In this document: one piece after another, positions 28,313-37,679 of the stretch
Numbering within the stretch: position 1 is the first letter of the stretch
Layout of the letters: the number at the start of each line of letters is the position of its first letter
NCBI GenBank assembly: GCA_963706025.1
Contig: CAVPLM010000003.1
Coordinates: 672,001 to 736,000 of the forward strand
From: an uncultured Actinomycetes bacterium
Lineage (GTDB): Bacteria; Actinomycetota; Thermoleophilia; RBG-16-64-13
Reading direction: 5' to 3'
DNA length: 64,000 nucleotides
Program-made: the position numbers and the translations under genes
Notes under the pieces: model-generated
The model's input: the letters and a program-made list of their open reading frames with translations, nothing else
What the model was told of the DNA's origin: nothing
Databases searched by the model: none

Positions 28313-30910
28313 CTATCGCGTGGGACCGCCGCCCCACTTCTCCACCTGGACCAGGCACGAGTTCGGCGCCTGGCCAGTAGAGGTCGGCGTGATGAAGCGT
28401 TTGGAGGTCAGCAGGTTGACACAGCCGCCTTTGTCCGGGGACGCCCCAGGCGTGCCCAGGGGCATGTACTCGGCGGAGGACTCGTAGGAATGGACCGTGC
28501 CTGGAGGCACGCGCTCTGTCAGCTGTGCCACCAAGATGACCGAAGCCCGGTCGTTGAAAGCTCGGATGAGGTCGCCGCCTTCGATGCCTCGGGTTGCCGC
28601 GTCCTTGACGTTGAGACGCATGATCCAGTAGTAGTGGCCGTCTTCTTTGAGAATACGGTGGTCCTTGATGTCGTTGCTCCACGACCCCTTCGCGTCCCCC
28701 ATGGTGTGGAAGCTGTAGCGGGGGTGCGGCGACACCATCTGCAGGGGGTACTTCTCGTAGAGCTCGGTGGTATGGTGACCCTCCCAGCTCTCTATGTACT
28801 GGGGTCCCATGGCCGGGCGTTCGGGATCGGCCGGGTCCGTTTCGTAGAACCGGGTAAGGCTGCTGGAAACGAACTCGATCTTGCCCGACTGGGTCTGTAG
28901 GCCCTTCAGTTTCACCTGGTCCCAGATGGGCGGGCCCCAGTCCGGTGTGTCCTTCTCCCGGTCTTCGGCGAACCAACGCAGGGCCGGCGTGGGTTGGCGA
29001 TCTGCCGGGACCGGCACCATGTAGTAGCCCTTCTTCTCGAAGTCGTCCCAGGATATCCGCTGGGGCAGGTCGCTGGCGTTGAACATGCGCTTGACCCAGT
29101 CGAGGTCGGTATGCCCGCCCTCGGTGTAGATGTGGCCTATGCCCAGCCTGTCGGCAAGGAGGGAGAAGATCTCGTAGTCGGACTTGGAATCCCCAAGCGG
29201 CTCGATGCACTTCTTCTCCAGCACGATGAGGCGGTGATTCACCTGGTCGAACTTGTGCGTCCCGTAGCCGGCGGCGTACGCCCAGTCGCCGATGTCCCAG
29301 CGCTCGAAGTTGGTGCAGGCCGGTAGGATGATGTCCGCGAACTTGGTCTCGCCCTCCAACCAGATCGCTTGATTGACGACGAAGGGGACCTTCCCCTCTC
29401 TGTACGCGGTCACATAACGGTTGGTCTCGGTCATCGTGCCGATGAAGGAACCCCCATACCGGTAGTACATCCCCACGTGGGGATAGCCCCCGGCCGGGTA
29501 ATGCCGCTTGTGGAACTGCATCTCGATGGACGCTCCGCAGAAGCCTCGGGCATACCACTCCATCCGCTCGTGTCTCATGACCTCGGGGATCCTGAGGCGG
29601 GAGACCGTCTGGCCCTCGGCGGAGTGCTGGATATTGGAGAAGGTTCCCCCGTTGGGCCACATGCGGGAGGCGAGGCGATAGCCGGCGGCGGTACCGGCGA
29701 CGTCGCCGGACATCCCGCCTTCGGAATAGCCGGGGAAGTAGAAAGTCTTGTCGAACGGCACGCCCGAAGTGGTCGACCAGATGTTGCTGCCCGGCTTGCC
29801 CAGACCCTGCATGGCGGCCAGGGCGATCATGGTGCGGGCCCACTCGTTGCCGGTGGCGGCGCGGCACGCGCCGCCCCATCCGCCCATGGCTCCGGCGGAG
29901 AGCATGGTCTTCTTCGCACCCCACTCCCGGGCCAAAGCCCTGATCTCCCTGGCGGGAACGCCGCTTTCTATCTCGGCCCACTCCGGGGTCTTGGGCACTC
30001 CGTCGCTCTCGCCCAGCACGTAGGACTTCCACACGTGGAAGTCCTTGGTCCGGGAGGCCACGTACTCCTTGTCGTAAGTCCCTTCCGAAAGCCAGGTGAA
30101 GGCGATGGCCAGCCCCATAGCCACGTCGGTCCCCAAGCGCGGCGCGAACCACTTGTCGGCGAAGATGCCGGCGGTGTGGTTGTAGTAGGGGTCGATGAAC
30201 ACCATCTTGACCCCCAGCTCCTTGAGCCAGAAGCGCCGCGAGGTGGCCTCGAAGGAGCCGTAGACCCCGCCGGTGGTCTCGGGGTCGGCCGACCAGAACA
30301 CGACCATCTCCGTGTTCTTGAGGGCGTCCTCCAAGAGATCGTACTGCTCGGGGATGCCGAGCCGATGGCTGAAGCCCCACATGTGCACGCCGCCCCAGTG
30401 CCAACCCTCCCAGCTGTCGGGGTTGTGCTCGGCATAGGTATGGCCGACCAGGTTGATGAAGCGGTTGTAGGCGCTGAAGCGGTAGCCGATGTTGCCCCAA
30501 AGATGGTGGGAGCCCGCAGTGGTGAGCATCCCCGCCGGCCCGACCTCTCTCTTCACCCGCACGATCTCGCCGGCCACGATGTCCAGGGCTTCATCCCAGC
30601 TGATGGGCTCGTAGCCGGACTCGCCGCGCTTGTGGATGTTGCGCTCCCCGTTCGGGTCGAAATCCACTCGCTTGAGCGGGGTCAGGATGCGTTTGGGGGA
30701 GTAGATGGTGGATTTGTGGGCCACCGTCCAGGGCGAGAGAGTCGTCTTGCGGGGCGGGGTGAAGGCCCGACCCCTTGCTTGTATGGTCCACGACGGCCCG
30801 TCGCTGTCGTCGAGCTCGAGAGGAAAGATGCGCAGGATCTTGCCGTCCCGGACATCGACATGCACGGGTCCGCCGGTCGTGAGATTGGTGAGTCGACGAG
30901 TCTTCGCCAT
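28313..30910 (-). CDS. Molybdopterin (DMSO reductase family) enzyme, pyrogallol-phloroglucinol transhydroxylase large-subunit-like
   Basis: TGGPV, HNPDSWEGWHWGG, LPACTNFER and SPHPRYSFHT motifs match P. acidigallici AthL as I recall it. ATG start at 30910. Confidence 0.88.
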   Translation of the reverse strand: MAKTRRLTNLTTGGPVHVDVRDGKILRIFPLELDDSDGPSWTIQARGRAFTPPRKTTLSPWTVAHKSTIYSPKRILTPLKRVDFDPNGERNIHKRGESGYEPISWDEALDIVAGEIVRVKREVGPAGMLTTAGSHHLWGNIGYRFSAYNRFINLVGHTYAEHNPDSWEGWHWGGVHMWGFSHRLGIPEQYDLLEDALKNTEMVVFWSADPETTGGVYGSFEATSRRFWLKELGVKMVFIDPYYNHTAGIFADKWFAPRLGTDVAMGLAIAFTWLSEGTYDKEYVASRTKDFHVWKSYVLGESDGVPKTPEWAEIESGVPAREIRALAREWGAKKTMLSAGAMGGWGGACRAATGNEWARTMIALAAMQGLGKPGSNIWSTTSGVPFDKTFYFPGYSEGGMSGDVAGTAAGYRLASRMWPNGGTFSNIQHSAEGQTVSRLRIPEVMRHERMEWYARGFCGASIEMQFHKRHYPAGGYPHVGMYYRYGGSFIGTMTETNRYVTAYREGKVPFVVNQAIWLEGETKFADIILPACTNFERWDIGDWAYAAGYGTHKFDQVNHRLIVLEKKCIEPLGDSKSDYEIFSLLADRLGIGHIYTEGGHTDLDWVKRMFNASDLPQRISWDDFEKKGYYMVPVPADRQPTPALRWFAEDREKDTPDWGPPIWDQVKLKGLQTQSGKIEFVSSSLTRFYETDPADPERPAMGPQYIESWEGHHTTELYEKYPLQMVSPHPRYSFHTMGDAKGSWSNDIKDHRILKEDGHYYWIMRLNVKDAATRGIEGGDLIRAFNDRASVILVAQLTERVPPGTVHSYESSAEYMPLGTPGASPDKGGCVNLLTSKRFITPTSTGQAPNSCLVQVEKWGGGPTR

Positions 30911-30993
30911 TTTCTCTGTCCTTCGGTCCGTTCTGTCAGAGAGTCTCGTATATCCGCCACGGACTGAGGCCGCACCTTCAGATGTCCGCGCGT

Positions 30994-31049
30994 AAACTAC
31001 CGTACGACCGGTTGTTGTCTGCGTTAAACTACCTGTTGTGTGGTAGCTT
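30994..31049. promoter_or_regulatory. Two tandem candidate TetR operators
   Basis: AAACTACC-N8-GGTTGTTG (30994-31017) and AAACTACC-N8-GGTAGCTT (31026-31049). Confidence 0.65.
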
Positions 31050-31054
31050 GTCAA
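31026..31054 (-). promoter_or_regulatory. Promoter of the molybdoenzyme gene
   Basis: Minus strand TTGACA (31054-31049)-17 bp-TAGTTT (31031-31026). Confidence 0.7.
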
Positions 31055-31109
31055 CCTCAGCGGGCGTACGCACGAGCCCACTTAACGGGACGGGGAAGGA
31101 AGCGGAGAA

Positions 31110-31763
31110 TTGGCTCCACAGCAACATCGGATGAGTGCCGAAACAAGAAAGCGGCAGATCGTCGAGGTCACCCTGGACTTGATCGGCAAGTACGGGCTGC
31201 GGGGAGCGACGATGTCCCGTATCGCCGCGGGAGCAGGGATCAGGCAGGCCTCTCTCTACACTCACTTCGACAGTAGACGGGCCATCCTGCTTGCGGCCCT
31301 GGATGTGGTCTACGAGAAGATCTATGCCTCCCGCGAGACGCGCACCGAAGAGAACTCGTTCGGACGTCTTCGGGAGATGTGTGACCACCACTTGGAACTC
31401 TGGGCGGCCCAGGGAGAGCGGCACCATGCCCACCTGCTGCTGGAGTTCATCGCAGGCGCCCGGAGCGAAGGCCTCGGGGAGATACTGGCCGAGAAGCACC
31501 TTCGGTCGTTGGAGCAGTTCACCCAGGTGGTCGAGGACGGCAAGGCAGAGGGGAAGATCCCCGACTACGTGGATCCGGCGCAGGTATCCTGGCTCATCAC
31601 CGGTTGGGCGTTCGCCGGAGACGTCGCTCACCAGATGGGTTTCAGCTCCTTCTTCGATCCGAACATCGCGGTCCATTGGCTGGACGTGATTTTCGAGAGC
31701 TTCGCGGCCGAACCCGCCCTTGAGCTCGTCGCGGACGGAACGAGCGGTACTGCGCGTGCTTGA
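31110..31763 (+). CDS. TetR/AcrR family transcriptional regulator
   Basis: N-terminal HTH ATMSRIAAGAGIRQASLYTHF; divergent from the molybdoenzyme gene. Confidence 0.93.
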   Translation: MAPQQHRMSAETRKRQIVEVTLDLIGKYGLRGATMSRIAAGAGIRQASLYTHFDSRRAILLAALDVVYEKIYASRETRTEENSFGRLREMCDHHLELWAAQGERHHAHLLLEFIAGARSEGLGEILAEKHLRSLEQFTQVVEDGKAEGKIPDYVDPAQVSWLITGWAFAGDVAHQMGFSSFFDPNIAVHWLDVIFESFAAEPALELVADGTSGTARA

Positions 31764-31789
31764 CACCAACTGCCTCCCTCCATTATTAT
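31760..31789 (+). promoter_or_regulatory. rplM-rpsI promoter
   Basis: TTGACA-18 bp-TATTAT. The -35 contains the tetR stop codon. Confidence 0.7.
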
Positions 31790-31815
31790 CTGCGGTCGCG
31801 TTCTAAGGAGGCAGT

Positions 31816-32250
31816 TTGAAGACCTATTCAGCGAAACCCGGCGAAGTCCCACGCAAATGGTGGGTCGTCGATGCCGATGGCAAGAATCTCGGCAGGCTGG
31901 CGTCGGAGATCGCAATAGTGCTGCGGGGCAAGAACAAACCCCAGTACACCCCTCATGTCGATACCGGGGACTTCGTCGTGGTGGTCAATGCTCAGAAGAT
32001 CGCAGTGACCGGCAACAAGCTCACGGGCAAGATCTACTATCGGCACTCAGGGTACCCTGGGGGCCTGAAGAGTCGCACGCTGGGGCAGATGCTCGAGCGC
32101 CGGCCCACTGAAGTCCTGCGGAAAGCGGTCAAGGGCATGCTGCCCAAGAACAGGTTGGCCGCCAAACAGCTAGGAAAGCTCAAAATATACGCTGGGCCGC
32201 AGCACCCGCACGCGGCCCAGAAGCCGGAGGAGTTGCCATGGCAGCAGTAG
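31816..32250 (+). CDS. rplM: 50S ribosomal protein L13
   Basis: [15 protein letters not shown] and HSGYPGG motifs. Confidence 0.98.
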   Translation: MKTYSAKPGEVPRKWWVVDADGKNLGRLASEIAIVLRGKNKPQYTPHVDTGDFVVVVNAQKIAVTGNKLTGKIYYRHSGYPGGLKSRTLGQMLERRPTEVLRKAVKGMLPKNRLAAKQLGKLKIYAGPQHPHAAQKPEELPWQQ

Positions 32251-32630
32251 TCTACTCGGCGACGGGCAAGAGGAAGACCTCTGTCGCCCGCGTGCGTCTC
32301 ATGCCGGGTACTGGGAACATCACCGTCAACGGCAAAGACGTGAAAGACTATTTCAATCGCCAGACCCTGACCCTCCTGGTACGGTCGCCTTTGGTGGAGA
32401 CCGGTACCGACTCCAGGTACGACGTGATCGCCCACATCCACGGCGGCGGCAAATCCGGCCAGGCGGGTGCTCTCAAGCACGGCGTAGCCCGCGCCCTGGT
32501 CGAAGCCGATCCCTCGTTGAAGACCGACGTCAAGCGGGCCGGGCACCTGTCGCGCGACGCTCGGATGGTTGAGCGCAAGAAGGCCGGTCTGAAGAAGGCC
32601 CGTAAGCGCCCGCAGTTCTCGAAACGCTAG
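32238..32630 (+). CDS. rpsI: 30S ribosomal protein S9
   Basis: [10 protein letters not shown] motif; C-terminal QFSKR. Confidence 0.98.
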   Translation: MAAVVYSATGKRKTSVARVRLMPGTGNITVNGKDVKDYFNRQTLTLLVRSPLVETGTDSRYDVIAHIHGGGKSGQAGALKHGVARALVEADPSLKTDVKRAGHLSRDARMVERKKAGLKKARKRPQFSKR

Positions 32631-32655
32631 TCGCTTCAGCTTCTAGGGAATCACG

Positions 32656-32685
32656 AGGCGAGGGAGAAATCTCCCTCGCCTTTTT
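32656..32685 (+). terminator. Rho-independent terminator after rpsI
   Basis: Perfect 11-bp stem AGGCGAGGGAG-aaat-CTCCCTCGCCT followed by TTTT. Confidence 0.9.
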
Positions 32686-32749
32686 CATTGGTACGCGTGG
32701 CATGAACGACAGCTTGAGGGGCACGCGGAAGGAGCGGAACGGACCCACG

Positions 32750-33748
32750 ATGGCCGAGCTGCGCATAGACACTGATGCCATACGCAGCAACACTGAGGTC
32801 GTGGCGGCCCTCTTGCGACGACATGGTCTGGATCTGGTGGGAGTGACCAAGGGCTGTATGGGCGAACCCCGGGTGGCGAAGGCCATGATGGAAGGGGGCG
32901 CCTCGGCCCTCGCCGACACCCGCGATCCGAACCTGCGCCGGCTGCGGACGGCTCTGCCCGGCGTGGAGCTGCATCGCATCCACCTGCCTTCGCTGGCCGA
33001 GCCTTTCGAGCCGGGAGACATCACTTACGTCTCGTCTTCGGCGGGGGCGGAAGCAGTGGCCGCTCTGGGCGGGTCGAGGAGGCCGCGCCGGGTCATGGTG
33101 CAGGTGGAGACCGGGGATGAGCGGGAGGGCGCCCCGTTGGAGCTTCTGCCGGATCTGGCAATGGCCATTGTTGCCGACTCCCGCCTCGAGCTCACGGGCA
33201 TTGCCACCAACTACGCCTGCTTCCGCGGCGAGCCTGCTGGTATACGGGGGTCGGTTGCGGCGGTCGCCCAGGCGGCGGCCGCACTGCGCGCGGCCGGCCT
33301 GCTCACGCCCCGCGTGTCTGGAGGCAATTCCAGCGTATTGTGGCTGCTCGCGCAGGGGGAGACCTTGCCCTCACAAGTGACGGAGCTGCGGTGTGGCGAG
33401 GCCTTGCTCTTGGGGCAGGACGCCCTGTTCTACCGAGCCCTTCCCGGCTGTCGGACCGACGCCTGCGTGCTGCGGGCCGAAGTGCTCGAGGAGTATACTA
33501 GGCCGGCTCCCGACGGCGGAGCACGGCGGCTGGTGCTGGGCATCGGTAGGCAGGATCTTGCCTCGGGCGGGGTCAAGTTTTTACGGCCGGGCCTGGAGGA
33601 GATCGGGCGGTCGGCCGACTACTTGGTGGCGGAGGCGACGGCTGAGTTCGAGGGGGCTTTCGTGGGAGAGACCCTGGAAATGATCCCGGCCTACGAGGCT
33701 CTGGTGGCTGCCTGGACCTCTCCCTATGTGGAGCTGAGGCTCCTCTAG
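32750..33748 (+). CDS. Alanine/ornithine racemase-family PLP enzyme
   Basis: VGVTKG (PLP lysine), ETGDEREG, SGGNSS and LRCGEALLLG motifs. Confidence 0.8.
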   Translation: MAELRIDTDAIRSNTEVVAALLRRHGLDLVGVTKGCMGEPRVAKAMMEGGASALADTRDPNLRRLRTALPGVELHRIHLPSLAEPFEPGDITYVSSSAGAEAVAALGGSRRPRRVMVQVETGDEREGAPLELLPDLAMAIVADSRLELTGIATNYACFRGEPAGIRGSVAAVAQAAAALRAAGLLTPRVSGGNSSVLWLLAQGETLPSQVTELRCGEALLLGQDALFYRALPGCRTDACVLRAEVLEEYTRPAPDGGARRLVLGIGRQDLASGGVKFLRPGLEEIGRSADYLVAEATAEFEGAFVGETLEMIPAYEALVAAWTSPYVELRLL

Positions 33749-33778
33749 AAGGCTTGCGACAAGGGAGGTTTGGTATCG

Positions 33779-35611
33779 ATGTGTGGCATCGTCGGCTATG
33801 TAGGAGATCGACCGTGCCGTGACATCCTGTTCCGGGGGCTGCGAAAGCTCGAGTACCGCGGCTACGACTCCGCAGGCATCTCGATCATCAGTGATGGGCG
33901 CTTCGAGCTACTGCATTCCGTGGGCAACCTGGACAACCTGGAAGCCATCCTCGGCCAGATGGGCGAAGTCGGGACCTTGGGCATGGCCCACACGCGCTGG
34001 GCCACCCACGGCCGCCCCTCCAACGAGAACGCCCACCCGCATACCGACTGCACCGGGCGTTTCGCGATAGTGCTCAACGGTATCGTGGAGAACTACCTGG
34101 CTTTGAGGGCCGGTCTGCAGGCGGAAGGCCACGTGTTCACCTCCGACACCGACGCTGAAGTCGCTGCCCACCTCATCGAGCGGGCCTACCGAGGCTCCCT
34201 CCAGCGGGCAGTGGTGGAGGCCTATAGTCAAATGGAAGGTCATTTCACCTACTGCGCCATCGCTGTGGATGAGCCTGACGTGATCGTGGGCATCCGCAAA
34301 GAGACCCCGCTCGTGGTCGGGCTGGGCGAAGGCGAGAACTACCTGGCCTCGGCCGTACCGGCGTTCTTGGCGGAGACGCGCTCGGTGGTCTTTCCTGAGG
34401 ACGGAGACGTGGTGGTCGTCAAGCGGGATTCCGTCAGGCTGTTCGATCTGGAGGGACTCCCGGTCGAGCGTGGGGTCCAGACAGTGGACTGGGACGAAGA
34501 AGCGGCGGAGAAGAGCGGCTACGAGACCTTCATGCTGAAAGAGATCCACGAGCAGCCCACCGCGCTCGCGGACACGTTGGCCGAGCGCATCGGGGAGGAC
34601 GGCGAGGTGGTCCTCGACGGCCTGGGCCTCACTCCCGAGTCGATCCGCGCCATCAAGCAGGTCGTTATCGTGGCCTGCGGTACCTCATACCACGCCGGTC
34701 TGGTCGGCAAGTATGTCTTGGAACGCTGGGCGCGCGTGCCCGTAGAGGTGGAGGTAGCCTCCGAATTCCGGTATCGGGAGCCGGTCATCGGCCCCGATTG
34801 CCTCTGCATCGCCATCAGCCAGTCGGGGGAGACGGCCGACACCCTGGCGGCCATGCGTCTTGCCCGCCAAGCTGGAGCGCAGGTCCTGGCTTTGACCAAC
34901 ATCGTCGGTTCGCAGGCCACCCGGGAGGCCGACGGGGTCCTGTTCACCCGCGCGGGTCTGGAGATCGGAGTGGCCGCGACCAAGACCTTCTTGACCCAGG
35001 TGCTGGCCGTGCTCCTCCTGAGCCTTCACTTCGCCGAGAACCGGGGCCATCTCACCCGCGAACAGGTGCGGTCCTACACGGAGGAGCTCCGTCACATTCC
35101 CCGGCTGCTCGGTGATTACCTGGGCGCCGGCGCGGCCGAGCGTGTGGACCAGGTGGCTCGTGACTACGCCTCCAGCCGCTTCTTCATGTGTTTGGGGAGG
35201 AATCTGGGTCTGCCGGTCGCCTTAGAGGGAGCGCTGAAACTCAAGGAGATCTCCTACATCCCCACCGACGCTTACGCGGCCGGAGAGATGAAGCACGGAC
35301 CCATCGCCTTGCTGGAGGAAGGTTCACCGGTCTTGGTCGTCGCCACGGAAAGCTTCGTCTACGACAAGCTCATCTCCAATGTGCAAGAGGTGAAGGCCCG
35401 AGGAGCGCGCGTCATCGCCGTGGCGTCTGAGGGGAACGAAGGCCTGACGGAGATGGTGGACGAGGTCTTCTATGTCCCCCGCACCGATGAGATGCTCGCC
35501 CCTCTTCTGGCCGTGGTCCCCTTGCAGCTCTTCGCCTACTACGTGGCCAAGAACAACGGTGAGAAGGTCGATCAGCCGCGAAACCTAGCCAAGACCGTCA
35601 CGGTGGAGTAG
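33779..35611 (+). CDS. glmS: Glutamine--fructose-6-phosphate aminotransferase
   Basis: MCGIVG, HTRWATHG and PRNLAKTVTVE motifs. Confidence 0.99.
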   Translation: MCGIVGYVGDRPCRDILFRGLRKLEYRGYDSAGISIISDGRFELLHSVGNLDNLEAILGQMGEVGTLGMAHTRWATHGRPSNENAHPHTDCTGRFAIVLNGIVENYLALRAGLQAEGHVFTSDTDAEVAAHLIERAYRGSLQRAVVEAYSQMEGHFTYCAIAVDEPDVIVGIRKETPLVVGLGEGENYLASAVPAFLAETRSVVFPEDGDVVVVKRDSVRLFDLEGLPVERGVQTVDWDEEAAEKSGYETFMLKEIHEQPTALADTLAERIGEDGEVVLDGLGLTPESIRAIKQVVIVACGTSYHAGLVGKYVLERWARVPVEVEVASEFRYREPVIGPDCLCIAISQSGETADTLAAMRLARQAGAQVLALTNIVGSQATREADGVLFTRAGLEIGVAATKTFLTQVLAVLLLSLHFAENRGHLTREQVRSYTEELRHIPRLLGDYLGAGAAERVDQVARDYASSRFFMCLGRNLGLPVALEGALKLKEISYIPTDAYAAGEMKHGPIALLEEGSPVLVVATESFVYDKLISNVQEVKARGARVIAVASEGNEGLTEMVDEVFYVPRTDEMLAPLLAVVPLQLFAYYVAKNNGEKVDQPRNLAKTVTVE

Positions 35612-35627
35612 CACGGGGTGCGCGTTG

Positions 35628-37679
35628 ATGCGCTTTGACGGGCGCGGGCGGGCGCGCAAAGCCTTGAGGGACGAAGGCGATGCGGGGACCTGGGCCGGCT
35701 GTGGCTTCGATCTGGTGGAGGTCGGGCGTCTCGAGCGGGCCCTCGGGCGCCACCCTGGACTCGAGCAACGGCTCTTCACGCCCGCGGAGATCGCCTACTG
35801 CAGTGCCCGGGGAAGACCGTTGCTTCATTTCGCCGGCCGTTTCGCAGCCAAAGAGGCGGTTGGTAAACTGCTGGGAAGCGGAGTGCTGTCCTGGCAGGAG
35901 ATCGAAATCAGCGGGGGTCCTCGGCCCGGCGTGACCCTGAGCGGCCGCAGCGCAGAGCTGGCTGAGGCTCGGGGGATGGAGGGACTACAGCTCTCGCTCT
36001 CGCATGTGGACTCGCTCGCGGGAGCGTGTGTCGTGGTGGTCGCGGGTTCATCGGGGGGAGCGGACGTGGGATATCTTGACGACGATCGTTCAGGCGAAGA
36101 CACCGGCAGCGGGCTTGTTGCCCTTCACCCCCTGTCGGAACGGCCGGCGGTGTTTACGCCGGCTCAGATGCGGGAGTTGGACCGGGCGACCATCGAGGAC
36201 ATCGGAATACCGGGTCCGGTGCTCATGGAGCGCGCGGCCCTGGGGGTGAGCGCCTTCATCCAGTCCCGATACCCCGATCATCACACTCTCATAGTGTGTG
36301 GGCCTGGCAACAACGGCGGCGACGGGCTGGCGGCCGCCCGACAGCTACATCTGGCCGGGCATCCGGTCGCCTGCGTCGTGGCCTTGAGCACGGCCTCGGA
36401 GCTCAGCCCGGATGCCGCCCTCAACTTCAAGGCGGCGGAGAAGGCGGGAGTCAATCTGCGGGTGGGCTCGGTGCCCGACTACCTCTGGGACGAGGCCGAC
36501 TTGGTGGTCGACTGCCTTCTGGGGACGGGGGCGAAAGGGGAGATCAAGGCTCGGCTGGCTGAGTGGGCCCGTCGGATCAACACCATGGGTGCTTGTGGCG
36601 TCCCGGTGCTGGCGGTAGACGTACCGTCGGGTGTAGATGCCACCACGGGTGGCGTCGCAGCTGCCGCCGTGGCGGCCGATGTCACCGTCACCTTCCACGC
36701 GGCCAAGAGCGGTCTGGTATGCCCGCCCGGCTCGGAGGCGGCCGGGGAGGTACTGGTGTGGGACATCGGTCTTCCCGGCTTTCTCGAGCCGGAGCCCGAC
36801 CTGTGGGTGGTGACGGCCGGCGACGTGAACGTCCCCGGCCGTCGGACCGACGACCACAAATACCGCGCCGGGTTTGTCGCCGTGCTGGCCGGGTCGGCCG
36901 CCTATCCCGGCGCGGCCTGGCTGACCGCGCAGGCCGCCTACCGGGCTGGGGCGGGCTATGTCCGCCTGCTGATGAACTCGGGCGCTGCCGACGGGGTGCG
37001 GAATCGGCTGGTCGAAGCGGTGCTCCAGGAGATCGGACCCGGTGACTGCCTGGTTGATGCCGAGCCGGTACTGGCAGCCCTCGCCGACGAGCGCCTGGGC
37101 GCTTTGGTAGCCGGCCCGGGTCTGGGGCGCGATCCGGCTACGCTGGTCGCGGTGAAGCGGGTGATACTCGAGAGCGTGGTACCCGCCGTGCTGGATGCCG
37201 ATGGACTCTTCGCATTCGCGGGGGCGGCGGCGACCCTCAGGGACCGCGCCGGACTGGTCTTGACCCCGCACGTCGGGGAACTGGCCGCCCTGCTCGACGC
37301 GCCGGTCGCGGAGCTCTCCGCCTCGGCTTTGACCGCGGCCCGGCGCGCAGCTGAAGTCACCGGACAGGTCGTGCTCCTGAAGGGATCCTCGACCGTAGTC
37401 ACCGCGCCGTCGGGACAGACCCGGGTGATCGCACAGGGCCCCCCCCAGCTTGCCTCGGCAGGCACGGGTGACGTTCTCTCAGGAATCATAGGGACCCTGC
37501 TGGCAAAGGGCGTGGAGCCCTTCGAGTCCGCGTACGCCGGAGCTTGGATACACGCCGAAGCTGGTAGGCTTGGGGCGGAGACCGATCCCCAGGGTGTCCT
37601 CGCCGGTGATCTCGTAGAGCTGCTCCCTGAGGTGATCGCAGGCCGCATCTATGACAGGAGGCCCTCGTGGACGAGCTGA
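35628..37679 (+). CDS. Fusion of holo-ACP synthase (AcpS) with NAD(P)HX epimerase/dehydratase (NnrE-NnrD)
   Basis: AcpS motifs GFDLVE and RFAAKEA; NnrE motifs GPGNNGGDG and DVPSG; NnrD motifs LTPHVGE and AGTGDVL. All in one frame. Confidence 0.9.
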   Translation: MRFDGRGRARKALRDEGDAGTWAGCGFDLVEVGRLERALGRHPGLEQRLFTPAEIAYCSARGRPLLHFAGRFAAKEAVGKLLGSGVLSWQEIEISGGPRPGVTLSGRSAELAEARGMEGLQLSLSHVDSLAGACVVVVAGSSGGADVGYLDDDRSGEDTGSGLVALHPLSERPAVFTPAQMRELDRATIEDIGIPGPVLMERAALGVSAFIQSRYPDHHTLIVCGPGNNGGDGLAAARQLHLAGHPVACVVALSTASELSPDAALNFKAAEKAGVNLRVGSVPDYLWDEADLVVDCLLGTGAKGEIKARLAEWARRINTMGACGVPVLAVDVPSGVDATTGGVAAAAVAADVTVTFHAAKSGLVCPPGSEAAGEVLVWDIGLPGFLEPEPDLWVVTAGDVNVPGRRTDDHKYRAGFVAVLAGSAAYPGAAWLTAQAAYRAGAGYVRLLMNSGAADGVRNRLVEAVLQEIGPGDCLVDAEPVLAALADERLGALVAGPGLGRDPATLVAVKRVILESVVPAVLDADGLFAFAGAAATLRDRAGLVLTPHVGELAALLDAPVAELSASALTAARRAAEVTGQVVLLKGSSTVVTAPSGQTRVIAQGPPQLASAGTGDVLSGIIGTLLAKGVEPFESAYAGAWIHAEAGRLGAETDPQGVLAGDLVELLPEVIAGRIYDRRPSWTS

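Noticed and set aside
33749-33778. glmS ribozyme
   Set aside because: Only 30 nt separate the racemase stop from the glmS start, too short for the ribozyme.
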